Below, piece after piece: positions 9,406-19,228 of a DNA stretch of 51,368 bases (its first letter is position 1; every line of letters begins with the position of its first letter). The stretch comes from a virus. The position numbers were made by a program, and so were the translations under genes. Below the pieces are notes generated by a model. The model worked only from the letters and a program-made list of their open reading frames with translations. It was not told the DNA's origin and did no database searches. The stretch lies in IMG/VR virus record IMGVR_UViG_3300045988_135063; one strand, 5' to 3'.

Positions 9406-11208
9406 TTATAGCCATTTTTCAGTTATGGATGCAGATACATCTATTGCATCATCGTCAGATACCACCATGAATTGAGATGTCCCTTTTCCAACATTAAAGA
9501 ATTTTGAGCCTATATCTAACTCAGACATAAAAGGATTATTATTTAACTCAATCTCATTATTCTCACAATCTATAATTAATTGATCCCCTTGCTTAAATAT
9601 AGCTCTATTTGTTGTTGTATTAGATACTGGATTAACTCGACTAACTTTAATATTAGACACAGTCATTGTATCAACTGGAATAACATCTCCATACTGTCCG
9701 AACCAAATAACCACATGATTTAAATTCCCAGTAGGAAATGCCTTATCCGATAAACTATTAGAAACTAATCTCTGTGTAGTCTTTCCATCCACTTGTTTAT
9801 TGACTTCACAGGTCCATAAATAACCACTACCCTTTTTAACTCTCTTTAATTTGAAAGTCCCTTTAAATTCGTTCCAGTTTCCGAATTTACCACTATCAAC
9901 TTTAGTAATAGTTTTATTACCATCTTCATCTTTTTTGCTTTCAGTCTTTGGTGAGGGTGCATCTACCCCATCACTTAAAACCAGTTTATTCCCAATATAA
10001 ACCTCTGGCTGAGTATATTCAAAATACTGCTCACTATCTCTGATAACAAATTTACCTAATTTCTGTGAGTTGTTATCAAATAGGTATACCTCCAGTCTAC
10101 CCATCCTATTCTCGGCTGATGGGGTTTCCTCGTCTGTTGTAGCTCTAGCTGATTTACTAGAATTAAGTTTTAGATAAGTCATATCACAATAACCAGTTTT
10201 ACTGTTATAGGTAACCTTGCCCCAACCTTTAGATATATCAGTTACAGTAACAATCTTACCCTTTGGAATACTTGTAAGTTTCTTATAAGATGAACCTCTC
10301 CCAGATCGAACCCTTAAAGATGGTTTAGCAGTTACAGTATATTTAGAACCGTTAGATGGTTTAGTATTCGAGTTAGACCCTTGACCTTTTACAGAGCCTT
10401 TACTATCATGCTCAACTCTAACCTCAATTTCAAACTCCTCAAGACTAGTACCAATATTCCTCCTTAATGCTCCACCATGCCATTTCTCACCATCACCATA
10501 ATTAGCACAACAAATACCATAACCTCCACCATTTATAGTACAGTTACCCGTAACCTCTCTACCACTATCTAAAACATTTCCAGATGCAGTAAAGTTTGTA
10601 GTAGTTTCACATGGCTCATTCAATACTACTGTTGATGGCTTTGTAGAGGTTTTATCAACATCAACCCTATTACCAATTAGAATAGCATCACTTGTATAAT
10701 TAACCACTTGAACAAAGTGAGCATCTTTAGAAAACTCAATATTTATTAAAGGTTGTGTTTTAGCACTACCATTATTTTCTACAGTAACAACCCCATCACT
10801 ATCTGCCTCAAAGATTTTATGACCATCTGAATAAGCTAAAGGGTTATGACATAAAAATCTTATAGTACCTAATCCAGTACTCATTAATTGATCTAACTCT
10901 GTAGCACCATCTAAAACTGCATAATAATATTTATCTGGCTCATCTCCGATAACTAATTTCGTAGGGGTTTCTGTATCAAGCATATCCCCAAGTGTTCTCA
11001 CAAACTCAAAGTATTGTGAACTTGTTTTACAAACTATTGCAAAATCCACTTCAATGGTTTTACTTTTGTATTTATGTCCTGTATATACTGAGCCATTCAT
11101 AGAATTTATATCTATAGAGTAATTTTCTCTCTCAGCTAACAATGGTCTTTTAACTTCTCTAATTTTAATAAAGTCTGTTAACTCTTTTCCTCCAAAATTT
11201 AAAAACAT
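9406..11208 (-). CDS. Distal tail protein (Dit, Sipho_tail family) with inserted SH3b-like and extra domains
   Basis: 600 aa. The N-terminus MFLNFGGKELTDFIKIREVKRP is typical of Sipho_tail. Position is after the TMP. Internal LRVRSGRGSSYKKLTSIPKGKIV. Confidence 0.8.
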   Translation of the reverse strand: MFLNFGGKELTDFIKIREVKRPLLAERENYSIDINSMNGSVYTGHKYKSKTIEVDFAIVCKTSSQYFEFVRTLGDMLDTETPTKLVIGDEPDKYYYAVLDGATELDQLMSTGLGTIRFLCHNPLAYSDGHKIFEADSDGVVTVENNGSAKTQPLINIEFSKDAHFVQVVNYTSDAILIGNRVDVDKTSTKPSTVVLNEPCETTTNFTASGNVLDSGREVTGNCTINGGGYGICCANYGDGEKWHGGALRRNIGTSLEEFEIEVRVEHDSKGSVKGQGSNSNTKPSNGSKYTVTAKPSLRVRSGRGSSYKKLTSIPKGKIVTVTDISKGWGKVTYNSKTGYCDMTYLKLNSSKSARATTDEETPSAENRMGRLEVYLFDNNSQKLGKFVIRDSEQYFEYTQPEVYIGNKLVLSDGVDAPSPKTESKKDEDGNKTITKVDSGKFGNWNEFKGTFKLKRVKKGSGYLWTCEVNKQVDGKTTQRLVSNSLSDKAFPTGNLNHVVIWFGQYGDVIPVDTMTVSNIKVSRVNPVSNTTTNRAIFKQGDQLIIDCENNEIELNNNPFMSELDIGSKFFNVGKGTSQFMVVSDDDAIDVSASITEKWL

Positions 11209-11253
11209 TATCTATACCTCCTATTTTCTAATAAGACAACAAAAGGCACAGTT

Positions 11254-13578
11254 TTAAACTATGCCTAATTGTCTATTTTTTCTCTGTGTTAACCTGTTTA
11301 ATTCCTCAGCTATCTTCTTAATATCAGTTTCCTCCCTTACTACCATTTGAGATATATTTATATTTACACCATTAGCAGCAGCAGTAGGCTTACTATCTGC
11401 TCCTATCATAGATGAAACTGCTTGGGCAAAAGGTTTCATTCTTCTTTTATTAGATAACGGAACTACTGCCTCATCTCCATTCTCACCTACCCCTATTACA
11501 GATGGTCCAGTAAAAATTGATCCCGTTTCAAACCACTTAACAGCTAGTTTTGGTACTGATGGTGGATTTAATGATAATTTACCAGATATAGATAGGTGTG
11601 GTAGTTTAATGTTAGGTTTAAGCACTTTACTGAAAATACCCCTCATTGAGTTCCAAGCATTTGACACTAAATTCTTAGCACCATTCATTAAATTACTAAT
11701 GGTATTTTTCACCCCATTAAAAATATTGGAAACGGTACTTTTTATACCTCCTCCGACATTCGATATTACAGACTTAATCCCATTCCAAACATTTAAAATG
11801 ACAGTTTTTGTCGCAGTTGAAATATTTGATATAGTCGATTTTATTCTATTGAATATATTCGACACAACAGAAAAAATTGCATTTAGAACTGAACTAAATA
11901 CAGACTTAATCCCATTCCATATAGTAGATACAACAGACCTAATTGCAGATAAAATCGTACTTATAAAAGACTTCACTTTATTAAAGATAGTCGACACTAC
12001 AGTCCAAATAGCATTTAATACAGTTCTCCAAACCGTTAAATTTATTTCTAAGTATATCTTAATCACATTAACTATAGCTTGTATAACATTCCCTATAAAA
12101 GCCTTGATTGAGTTAAATACAGTAATTACAACATCCTTGCAGTTTTGCCAAATAAATTGGAAAGGTAAAGTTATTATTGTAAAAGCTCCAGAAATTATAG
12201 AACCTATTAACATAATCCCTACCTGTACTACATTACAAATACCATTCCACACACCACTCATAAAGCTAGTAACACTATTCCAAATATTACTGATTTGGTC
12301 CTTACACCAGTTGAACCCAGTTACCACTGCATCTTTCACTATTTGAGCCATCTTTTTAGCCCATTCGCAGATAGTGTCCCAGTTTTTTATTATTAGATAA
12401 CCAACTGCTATAGCCCCCATAATAGCAAGTGTATAAGGATTAAAAGCCCCTTTAACTACAGAGCCTATAGTTTTTAAACCAGTCATGGCTCCACTCAAAA
12501 GGGTTTGAGCAGCTGCAAATAAAGTTGTTTTAGCAGTTGCTAATTGTGTGGCTAAACCAAAAGCATCTAATTGTAGGGCTGATATTACTAAAGCACCACC
12601 TAAAACTCCTAGAGCCACTCCTATGGCAGCCAACTCTAATTTATGCTCAGAAATCCACTCTTTAGCTTGTTGGAATTTATCCCCCAACTGTTTAATCCCA
12701 TCTATAGCACCTTTTACACCATCAGCAACTGCTTTACCCATTTCTGTAGCCATAGGTATACAGTCCTTTATTACAGGAATTAGGGCATTAACTACATCTG
12801 TAGCAAGTGGCAAGAGTTCTTTACCAAAGTTCTCTGCTACCTGTTGTACTTGAGCCTTTAAGTTTTTAGTACTATTGGCATATGCATCAGCAGATCGAAC
12901 TGCATCTCCTTGAGCATTCTTTGTTTGATCTAACATTATTTGATAACGTACCTGTGCCTTAGTTACCTCATCTAGTTTAGCAAACTGCCCCGTTAACCCC
13001 ATTTCCATCATTTTATTTTGTAATGTGGTTTCATTGATAGCTATACCTAGAGCCTTTAAACCTTCATGCTCCCCTAGTATACCTTTTGTCATCCTATCTA
13101 TAGCATCAGCATCCTGTACGTTATTAAAACTAGCCAAATCATATGATAGCTCTATAACAGATTGAGATAAGGCAGATGCCTCTTTCTGTGTCATTCCATA
13201 CCCAGTAAGTAAATCCCCTAAGTTTGTGACACCAGTCTTAATCTCGGTTTTAGTTCTACCTATAGCCTCACCAAATTTACTAGCCCATTTGTCAACAGAT
13301 GAGCCGACCTCACTAAATACAACATTAAATTTATTTTCCATCTCCTCAACATCTGAGGCACTTTCTAGGGCATACATCCCAAAATCTTTTATCTTATCAA
13401 CTGCTAGAGCTGAACCGATAACACCTGCAATACCTTTTAATGAGTTAGTTATACCACTAAAACCACTTGAGGCATTATCACCAAGACCTTTTAAAGACTT
13501 CTCAACATTTGAAAGACTGCTCTGCAAATCTTTAATATCAGCCTCGATCTTAATCATTACACTATTTTTCTCAGCCAT
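11254..13578 (-). CDS. Tape measure protein
   Basis: 774 aa. Follows the chaperone pair. Coiled-coil N-terminus, hydrophobic core, and periodic WNGIKSV/FNRIKST repeats. Confidence 0.85.
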   Translation of the reverse strand: MAEKNSVMIKIEADIKDLQSSLSNVEKSLKGLGDNASSGFSGITNSLKGIAGVIGSALAVDKIKDFGMYALESASDVEEMENKFNVVFSEVGSSVDKWASKFGEAIGRTKTEIKTGVTNLGDLLTGYGMTQKEASALSQSVIELSYDLASFNNVQDADAIDRMTKGILGEHEGLKALGIAINETTLQNKMMEMGLTGQFAKLDEVTKAQVRYQIMLDQTKNAQGDAVRSADAYANSTKNLKAQVQQVAENFGKELLPLATDVVNALIPVIKDCIPMATEMGKAVADGVKGAIDGIKQLGDKFQQAKEWISEHKLELAAIGVALGVLGGALVISALQLDAFGLATQLATAKTTLFAAAQTLLSGAMTGLKTIGSVVKGAFNPYTLAIMGAIAVGYLIIKNWDTICEWAKKMAQIVKDAVVTGFNWCKDQISNIWNSVTSFMSGVWNGICNVVQVGIMLIGSIISGAFTIITLPFQFIWQNCKDVVITVFNSIKAFIGNVIQAIVNVIKIYLEINLTVWRTVLNAIWTVVSTIFNKVKSFISTILSAIRSVVSTIWNGIKSVFSSVLNAIFSVVSNIFNRIKSTISNISTATKTVILNVWNGIKSVISNVGGGIKSTVSNIFNGVKNTISNLMNGAKNLVSNAWNSMRGIFSKVLKPNIKLPHLSISGKLSLNPPSVPKLAVKWFETGSIFTGPSVIGVGENGDEAVVPLSNKRRMKPFAQAVSSMIGADSKPTAAANGVNINISQMVVREETDIKKIAEELNRLTQRKNRQLGIV

Positions 13579-13602
13579 ACATTCCTCCTAAATTTATAAA
13601 AT

Positions 13603-13637
13603 AAAAAGAGAGAGGAGAGCCACAAGCTCCACCTCTC
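13603..13637 (-). terminator. Terminator-like hairpin
   Basis: Long interrupted stem gagagg.gagc/gctc..cctctc after an A-run. Confidence 0.55.
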
Positions 13638-13647
13638 CCAAATCAAA

Positions 13648-14264
13648 CTATTTAAAACTATCAAGTAATTCTTCCTGTAGTTTTTTGTGTTCATCTTTAT
13701 CTACGGATTTTATTCCTTTTTGATTATCTTCACCCTCATCTGGATTGAATAAATCGGTTGGCTTTATTTTTTTCTTTAACGTACCCATACAGTTAATTAT
13801 GATAGAAGTTTGCCAAGCTAATTTTTGCATATCAACCTTAAACTCCTCATTCCTAGCTATGGTATAAGCCTCCACCATTTCATACAGTTCTACAGGTTCT
13901 AAACTATATAATTCTTTAGGTCTTAGATTAAACACCCCATAACCCCAATAACAAATATCATTCCAAGAACCTAAGCCTTTGGCTTTTGCAAACCCCCAAG
14001 TGCCTCTGTTAGTTTTGTAGTAACCATGTTTATATTTCCCATGTCTACCAAATCACCAACCTCCTCGAAAGTTATCTCTGGGTCATCTTTTAATAATCCG
14101 ACATGGAGTAATGCTTGAACCATCTCTAAACTAAAATCTTTGTCTAGTTTGTCAAGTTTTACACCATAATCTTTTTCTAATATTCTTAGAGAGTTTAGAG
14201 TATATTTTAAAAATCTCTCTCTCCCATCTTCTAAAACAATTAATACACCTTTTCTCATTTCCAT
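13648..14264 (-). CDS. Tail assembly chaperone G-T fusion made by -1 programmed frameshift
   Basis: The -1 frame is open from the slippery site at 13989-13995 through the 13648-13935 ORF. Canonical position between the major tail protein and the TMP. Confidence 0.6.
13971..14264 (-). CDS. Tail assembly chaperone (G-like)
   Basis: 97 aa ORF with an AGGAGG-type RBS. Lies immediately downstream of the major tail protein. Confidence 0.7.
   Translation of the reverse strand: MEMRKGVLIVLEDGRERFLKYTLNSLRILEKDYGVKLDKLDKDFSLEMVQALLHVGLLKDDPEITFEEVGDLVDMGNINMVTTKLTEALGGLQKPKA
13989..13995 (-). other. -1 ribosomal frameshift slippery heptamer G GGT TTG
   Basis: Minus strand reads ctt ggg ggt ttg caa aag cca aag gct tag. 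The X XXY YYZ pattern lies 5 codons before the G stop. Confidence 0.6.
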
Positions 14265-14347
14265 AAATTCCTCCTATTTATTAATAGCTACAAAAAAAAG
14301 AGTAGCCATCTTATACTCTATAAGATAACTACTCAATTATTTTTAAA

Positions 14348-14803
14348 CTATTTTTTACCTTTTGCTACATCAACGTTAGCTAATTCTCTACCAACATTTT
14401 TAGTTCTTTTTAATGCAGATGCACCTTGTAATGATACTGAGAAAGTACAAGCATCATCCATAGGAAATTCCTCTGGAAAATCTGTAATGACCACTTTACC
14501 AGTATAAGTGTAGCCCCCAGTTTCTCCTACTTTTATCTCAACATCTAATGCCTCTCTATTATCAAAAGCATCATGTAGCTTTTCATAACCCTCATCACCT
14601 AAAGTAACAAAGCCCTCACAATCTAAAGACCATGATTTAAGACCCATTATACTCTCAGACCAACCACCACTCGTTTTATCTGATACATCTATAGTTTCTG
14701 CTGACCTAGATAAAGATGCTCCTTTTTGACCACCTACTGGTTTTTTAGTACCGTCTATATCTACTTTAAGTAATACATCGACACCTGCGACTTTTTTTGC
14801 CAT
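14348..14803 (-). CDS. Major tail protein (phi13/Phage_tail_2-like)
   Basis: 151 aa. MAKKVAGVDVLLKV...GGQKGASLSRSAETIDVSDK...SWSLDCEG is typical of the family. Confidence 0.8.
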   Translation of the reverse strand: MAKKVAGVDVLLKVDIDGTKKPVGGQKGASLSRSAETIDVSDKTSGGWSESIMGLKSWSLDCEGFVTLGDEGYEKLHDAFDNREALDVEIKVGETGGYTYTGKVVITDFPEEFPMDDACTFSVSLQGASALKRTKNVGRELANVDVAKGKK

Positions 14804-14837
14804 AATACCAATCTCCTTAATTAAATAAATTTACAAT

Positions 14838-14861
14838 AAAAAAGAGGCTTAAAAAAGCCTC
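14838..14861 (-). terminator. Terminator-like hairpin
   Basis: 7-bp stem gaggctt/aagcctc, 4-nt loop, A-run on the plus strand. Confidence 0.6.
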
Positions 14862-14870
14862 GTTAATAAT

Positions 14871-15236
14871 CTACATTACACAAGTCATAACTCTAAAATT
14901 ACAAGTAAAATAAAAAGAGCCATCATCCAAAATTCCCTCAAAGAATGGGTATGGTTTTTCAGCTAACATTAGTATTAACTGATACTCTTTATACTCCCTG
15001 TCAGTTACTTTATGTAGTTTATTAATCATGTTTATACATATTCTTTCTGCAGATTTTGGGTGATCTGCTTTTACACCTAACTCAATGTTAAAATCAAATA
15101 CCCCTCCCTGTTCAATCATCCCAGTAGTTATCTCCAGTTTAACTAAACAGTCCTCATCAATATTTGGGAACTGAATCGGATGTATTTTATATCCAGATAT
15201 ATCTCCCAAAAGATTACAAAGCTCTAATATATCCAT
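14871..15236 (-). CDS. Tail terminator/completion protein (position-based)
   Basis: 121 aa ORF between the gp10-like gene and the major tail gene. Confidence 0.45.
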   Translation of the reverse strand: MDILELCNLLGDISGYKIHPIQFPNIDEDCLVKLEITTGMIEQGGVFDFNIELGVKADHPKSAERICINMINKLHKVTDREYKEYQLILMLAEKPYPFFEGILDDGSFYFTCNFRVMTCVM

Positions 15237-15253
15237 AAAGCCCTCCTAAATAA

Positions 15254-15673
15254 TTAATCTAATAAATTACCTAATCTAGTATTTAAATCCTTTGTGTACC
15301 CTTTGGCACACGATAAAGCAGTACCCTCTAAATATTTAGAACCGACCGAAAAAGACCTACTTGCATACTTAGACCTCATAGCCCTTTTACTCTTAGACTT
15401 ATCACCTAATTTATATTTACCATCATGCATTTTGACTGCATAGTTAAACCCTCGATTAGTAGCCAAAAAAGATACCTCTCCAACAATATTAGAGCCTCCC
15501 GTAACTCTCTTACTACCAGAGTTCTCTAAATTGCCTGTATCGGATGGGGTTCTACTAACTGCTACCATATACAAATCATCTGTATAATCTGTTATACATT
15601 CCTTGACTAAATTAGAGATTTTTTTAGACTGCTCAACTATAGCTAATTTTTCACTAACCTTTATTTTAAACAT
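15254..15673 (-). CDS. HK97 gp10-family neck/tail-completion protein
   Basis: 139 aa. The RTPSDTGNLENS motif is typical of the gp10 family. Confidence 0.6.
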   Translation of the reverse strand: MFKIKVSEKLAIVEQSKKISNLVKECITDYTDDLYMVAVSRTPSDTGNLENSGSKRVTGGSNIVGEVSFLATNRGFNYAVKMHDGKYKLGDKSKSKRAMRSKYASRSFSVGSKYLEGTALSCAKGYTKDLNTRLGNLLD

Positions 15674-15997
15674 CTATATCCAAACCTTATATAAGACTGG
15701 CTCACCACTTAAATCTCTACTTATTGAAAGGGATAATATAGGGAATTTCTTTATAGTACCATTTATTAATATACCTACTTGATCCTTTGGGTTAATCCTT
15801 ACATAATGAGGTAAAGATACAGTATAACTAATCAAGGTACTTTTTCCCTTTTGTCCTCCCATTTCCTTAAACTCAATCTGTTCTTTTATATAACCCTTAA
15901 CTTTATTACCAGTAGGTGATATTATAGGCATTCCCCACTCATCCAACTCTGAGGAATATATATAAACATCATTATTAAACTCTCTAAGGTCTAACAT
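15674..15997 (-). CDS. Head closure / head-tail adaptor protein
   Basis: 107 aa. Called from position and size within the connector module. Confidence 0.5.
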   Translation of the reverse strand: MLDLREFNNDVYIYSSELDEWGMPIISPTGNKVKGYIKEQIEFKEMGGQKGKSTLISYTVSLPHYVRINPKDQVGILINGTIKKFPILSLSISRDLSGEPVLYKVWI

Positions 15998-16415
15998 AAT
16001 TTTCTTTTAGTTGTATGTTGTGCCTTCTATATAACTGTTGTGGAGTTGGGGCATATCGTACAACTCTCCTTTTATCAAAATAACCTTTTGGTAAATTAAA
16101 TACTCTATAAATAAAAGGTGCAATACTTCTATCTTTTTCTGATAGATTTAGAGCTACACCGTCAACATTGATATAAGTTATACCTAACTCAGACCTCTGC
16201 AAACTATCATCAATTTTTAGCATCCAAATACTCTGTTCTGCTATATGTTCTACAGGTATCTCCTCATCAGATTTATATTTATTAGGTAACATCATTCTTA
16301 AAATTCTTTGAGCATTATTTGTTGCCTTTGTTCTAGTCCTACTGTCTGCAACATCCCAAACTTTAGACTGTAACACATTTTCTGCAATATACTCATCTAC
16401 AACATTAATATCCAT
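15984..16415 (-). CDS. Head-tail connector (gp6-like)
   Basis: ATG at 16413-16415 after GGAGG. Follows the capsid gene. Confidence 0.5.
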   Translation of the reverse strand: MDINVVDEYIAENVLQSKVWDVADSRTRTKATNNAQRILRMMLPNKYKSDEEIPVEHIAEQSIWMLKIDDSLQRSELGITYINVDGVALNLSEKDRSIAPFIYRVFNLPKGYFDKRRVVRYAPTPQQLYRRHNIQLKENYVRP

Positions 16416-16477
16416 GTGTACCTCCATATAATAAAAAAGAGAGGAGAGGCTAAACCCCTACCTCCCATAAAATTAAA

Positions 16478-17347
16478 TTATTTTTTAGATCTCGCAGCTG
16501 CTCCAGTTAATACTGCGAATGCTTTAGGATGGAATACTGCTATCCCACAATAGAACTCAATTCTTGTACGATAACAAGGTTTACTTTCTAATTGACCTAA
16601 GTCCATTACTTGAACTCCACCATTAGTTAAACCAGATACATATTGCTCTGCACCGAACTTAACTGCATAAATGTGTTTCTCGTCAGTTAAACCGTCCTCT
16701 ACTGCTCTTATCTCAACATCACCATATTTAGATACCATTCTACCGAAAGCATCTTGACCCTGTTCTATATAGTGATTAGTTTCTTGTAATAGTTTCATTA
16801 GCTCTCTACGAGTAGCTTTATCCATGTAAAGAACATCAGCTCCACCCTCAACTGCATCTAATAACTCATTTAATGCATCTAAAGAAAGCTCTTTTTGTAT
16901 TTTAGTTCCTTTACCTTTTTCTAACCTCTTAGTTAAACCATCGAAACCGTTAGTTTCTTCTGTAGAATCACCTTTAAAGAAGTTTTTCTCGAAAGCCTTA
17001 GCAACTGCTTTTGCTTTTAACTCAGTTTGTAAAGCTCTTACATCGTTTATGTTACCTCTAGTCTTAGCTATGAATAAATCAACATCAACATCTCCACCTA
17101 GTATAACTAAATGTTCAGTTTCTCTTGATACAGTAGCCCCACTTTCAGTATAAGTACCGTTAACCTGTCTAAATCCTACAGTCGGTAAAGTTCCTACTAA
17201 GTTATATGAGTAACCATTCCCAACTACTTCCATAAAAGGTATTTTTTCTAAAACAGGTGAATTGTTAGCCATTGTAAGTATCACACCCTTTTGTAACATA
17301 TCTTGTGATAAATTGGCTGCATCTGTTAAATTTAATCCTATTGACAT
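16478..17347 (-). CDS. Major capsid protein
   Basis: 289 aa. Strong RBS. Lies between the scaffold and connector genes. Confidence 0.75.
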   Translation of the reverse strand: MSIGLNLTDAANLSQDMLQKGVILTMANNSPVLEKIPFMEVVGNGYSYNLVGTLPTVGFRQVNGTYTESGATVSRETEHLVILGGDVDVDLFIAKTRGNINDVRALQTELKAKAVAKAFEKNFFKGDSTEETNGFDGLTKRLEKGKGTKIQKELSLDALNELLDAVEGGADVLYMDKATRRELMKLLQETNHYIEQGQDAFGRMVSKYGDVEIRAVEDGLTDEKHIYAVKFGAEQYVSGLTNGGVQVMDLGQLESKPCYRTRIEFYCGIAVFHPKAFAVLTGAAARSKK

Positions 17348-17379
17348 ATCCCCTATGTCCTCCTTATAAAATTTGTATT

Positions 17380-17404
17380 AAAAAAGAGGCTTAATCAAGC
17401 CTCT
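17380..17404 (-). terminator. Terminator-like hairpin between scaffold and capsid genes
   Basis: 8-bp stem agaggctt/aagcctct, 4-nt loop, A-run. Confidence 0.6.
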
Positions 17405-17417
17405 CAATTTCTTGCAT

Positions 17418-18014
17418 TTATTTTTTTAGAACGTTGTATGCCATTGACAAAATACCTGAGTTTGTCATCTTACTTGTATCTGCTTTGGCATCTGTTTTTG
17501 CTCCCATTGGTTTCCCTATCTCAACATTTGGAGCAGTTTTATCTTTTCTGAATAAGTTTTTAGCCTCTGCTTTAACTAACCATTCTAACTGTTGCACTAT
17601 CGTCATATTTGAAGGGACTAACTCAGCATACTCCTCTGGAATAGCTTTCATCTTTTCATCTATCATTTGATTTAGTAAATCCTCATAGCCTTTCACAGTT
17701 TCATTTGTTTTATTTATTTCTGCTTTCGCATCAGCTAACTCCTTTTTAACTGCATCAAGATCAGCTAATTGTTTAGTAGCCTCATCTAATTTAGATGTTA
17801 ACTCCTCAACTGTTTTATTAGCATTCTCTAACTCTAAAGATGTTGTTTTCTCTGTTTTTTCTGTTTTTGGAGCATCTTTCTCATCAACCTTATCTACATT
17901 ATTAACATCATCTTTATGCTTTTCAGTTTTCTCAGTAGTGCCTTTTACATCATCTACTTTTGCCTGTTCTTCTTTAACCTCTGTATCTTGTACCACAGTT
18001 TCAGTATTTTCCAT
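17418..18014 (-). CDS. Scaffolding protein
   Basis: ATG at 18012-18014 after AGGAGG. Acidic, coiled-coil rich (KELADAKAEINK...). Lies upstream of the capsid gene. Confidence 0.7.
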   Translation of the reverse strand: MENTETVVQDTEVKEEQAKVDDVKGTTEKTEKHKDDVNNVDKVDEKDAPKTEKTEKTTSLELENANKTVEELTSKLDEATKQLADLDAVKKELADAKAEINKTNETVKGYEDLLNQMIDEKMKAIPEEYAELVPSNMTIVQQLEWLVKAEAKNLFRKDKTAPNVEIGKPMGAKTDAKADTSKMTNSGILSMAYNVLKK

Positions 18015-18201
18015 TTCTTTTTTCCTCCTATATTTTTTTATATAGTATGGAGGGGAAAACCCCTCACACACAATTTATTAAATAGGTAGGGAAAAAAGAT
18101 ATATTGTAACTATGAAATATACAAATTGCATAAACACCATTACAAAGTTTTCCCTTGCCTCTTATAACATTTAGTACAAGTATAAAGGGAAAATTAAACC
18201 A

Positions 18202-19182
18202 TTATTTTTTTAATTTTTTTAAACTAGCCAGTTGTTGTTTATGTCTTTCTTGATCTTCTGGGTGAAGTGCCTCCATTGAGTTAATAGGTATTGGGTTATG
18301 TTTACATCTTGGATGAAATATTAAATTAGTAGCCTTTAATTGTTCATAAGACATATAGCCCTCTGTTAGCCCAGTTAGAGATATAACCATACCTTCAAAG
18401 TGTTTACACGGGTCAGTAGCACCTTTTACTGGAATAACTGCTAAATCTTTACCAGTTTCTATGGCTTGTTGCTTGATACCCTCAATGTAGGCTTGATGTG
18501 TTTTAGTTTGGACTACCATGTCTACATAATTTTTTAAGCCCCACTTTTTGCCCCCTTTATCAATGATGCCTACAAAACCCTCTCTAACGATTTTTTCCGA
18601 TAAGCCTTTCTTTTGTAAATCTTTAATAATCATATTCTTTATGGTTTTATAACTCTCACCCTGTAAGGCATTTAATTGTAGATGCTTGGCAACAGTACTC
18701 TTAACAACTTTCTTTATACCTTTATTTGTATTGCTAGTAGCAACTAAAATATCTTCCATAGCATCAGAAATTAATTGGCTTGATGTGTACCAGTTGATAG
18801 TAGCAAAAGGAAAATTATTAAGTGCCTCATTATAATTTAAAATGCCTGTGGTACTGATATAATGATTAAGTTGCCCACTAATATATTCCGTTTCGATCTT
18901 ATCTGTAACCACTTCCTGTATTTGGCTCTGGATTAGATTTAGTTGTTGCTCAATTTGATTGAGTAATTGCAGTTCAGTCATGGCAGTAATACTATTTACA
19001 TCTAAACCGTTATATTGCAGATTATTTAAAATATGCTGACCTATAGCTCGATAACCTTGCTCTAATATCTTAATAATCCTTGTATCAGAGTTATCTACAA
19101 CCCTATTAGGTATGCTAACCCCTTTCATTTTATAAACCCTTAAAACCTGTTTTAAAATCTTCTCGTAAGTTTCGTGTGTCAT
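18202..19182 (-). CDS. Minor head protein (SPP1 gp7 / Mu F-like)
   Basis: 326 aa. C-terminal FHPRCKHNPIP motif. Follows the portal gene. Confidence 0.75.
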   Translation of the reverse strand: MTHETYEKILKQVLRVYKMKGVSIPNRVVDNSDTRIIKILEQGYRAIGQHILNNLQYNGLDVNSITAMTELQLLNQIEQQLNLIQSQIQEVVTDKIETEYISGQLNHYISTTGILNYNEALNNFPFATINWYTSSQLISDAMEDILVATSNTNKGIKKVVKSTVAKHLQLNALQGESYKTIKNMIIKDLQKKGLSEKIVREGFVGIIDKGGKKWGLKNYVDMVVQTKTHQAYIEGIKQQAIETGKDLAVIPVKGATDPCKHFEGMVISLTGLTEGYMSYEQLKATNLIFHPRCKHNPIPINSMEALHPEDQERHKQQLASLKKLKK

Positions 19183-19196
19183 TTTACCCTCCTATG

Positions 19197-19228
19197 TAAA
19201 AAAAAGGAGTGGCTATATAGCCAACTCC
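19197..19228 (-). terminator. Hairpin overlapping the portal stop
   Basis: ggag.ggcta/tagcc..ctcc stem after an A-run. Confidence 0.4.

Noticed and set aside
11609-12853. Plus-strand ORFs (245 aa and 101 aa) inside the tape measure gene
   Set aside because: They are antisense to a repetitive, compositionally biased CDS. They have no RBS and the translation is not protein-like.
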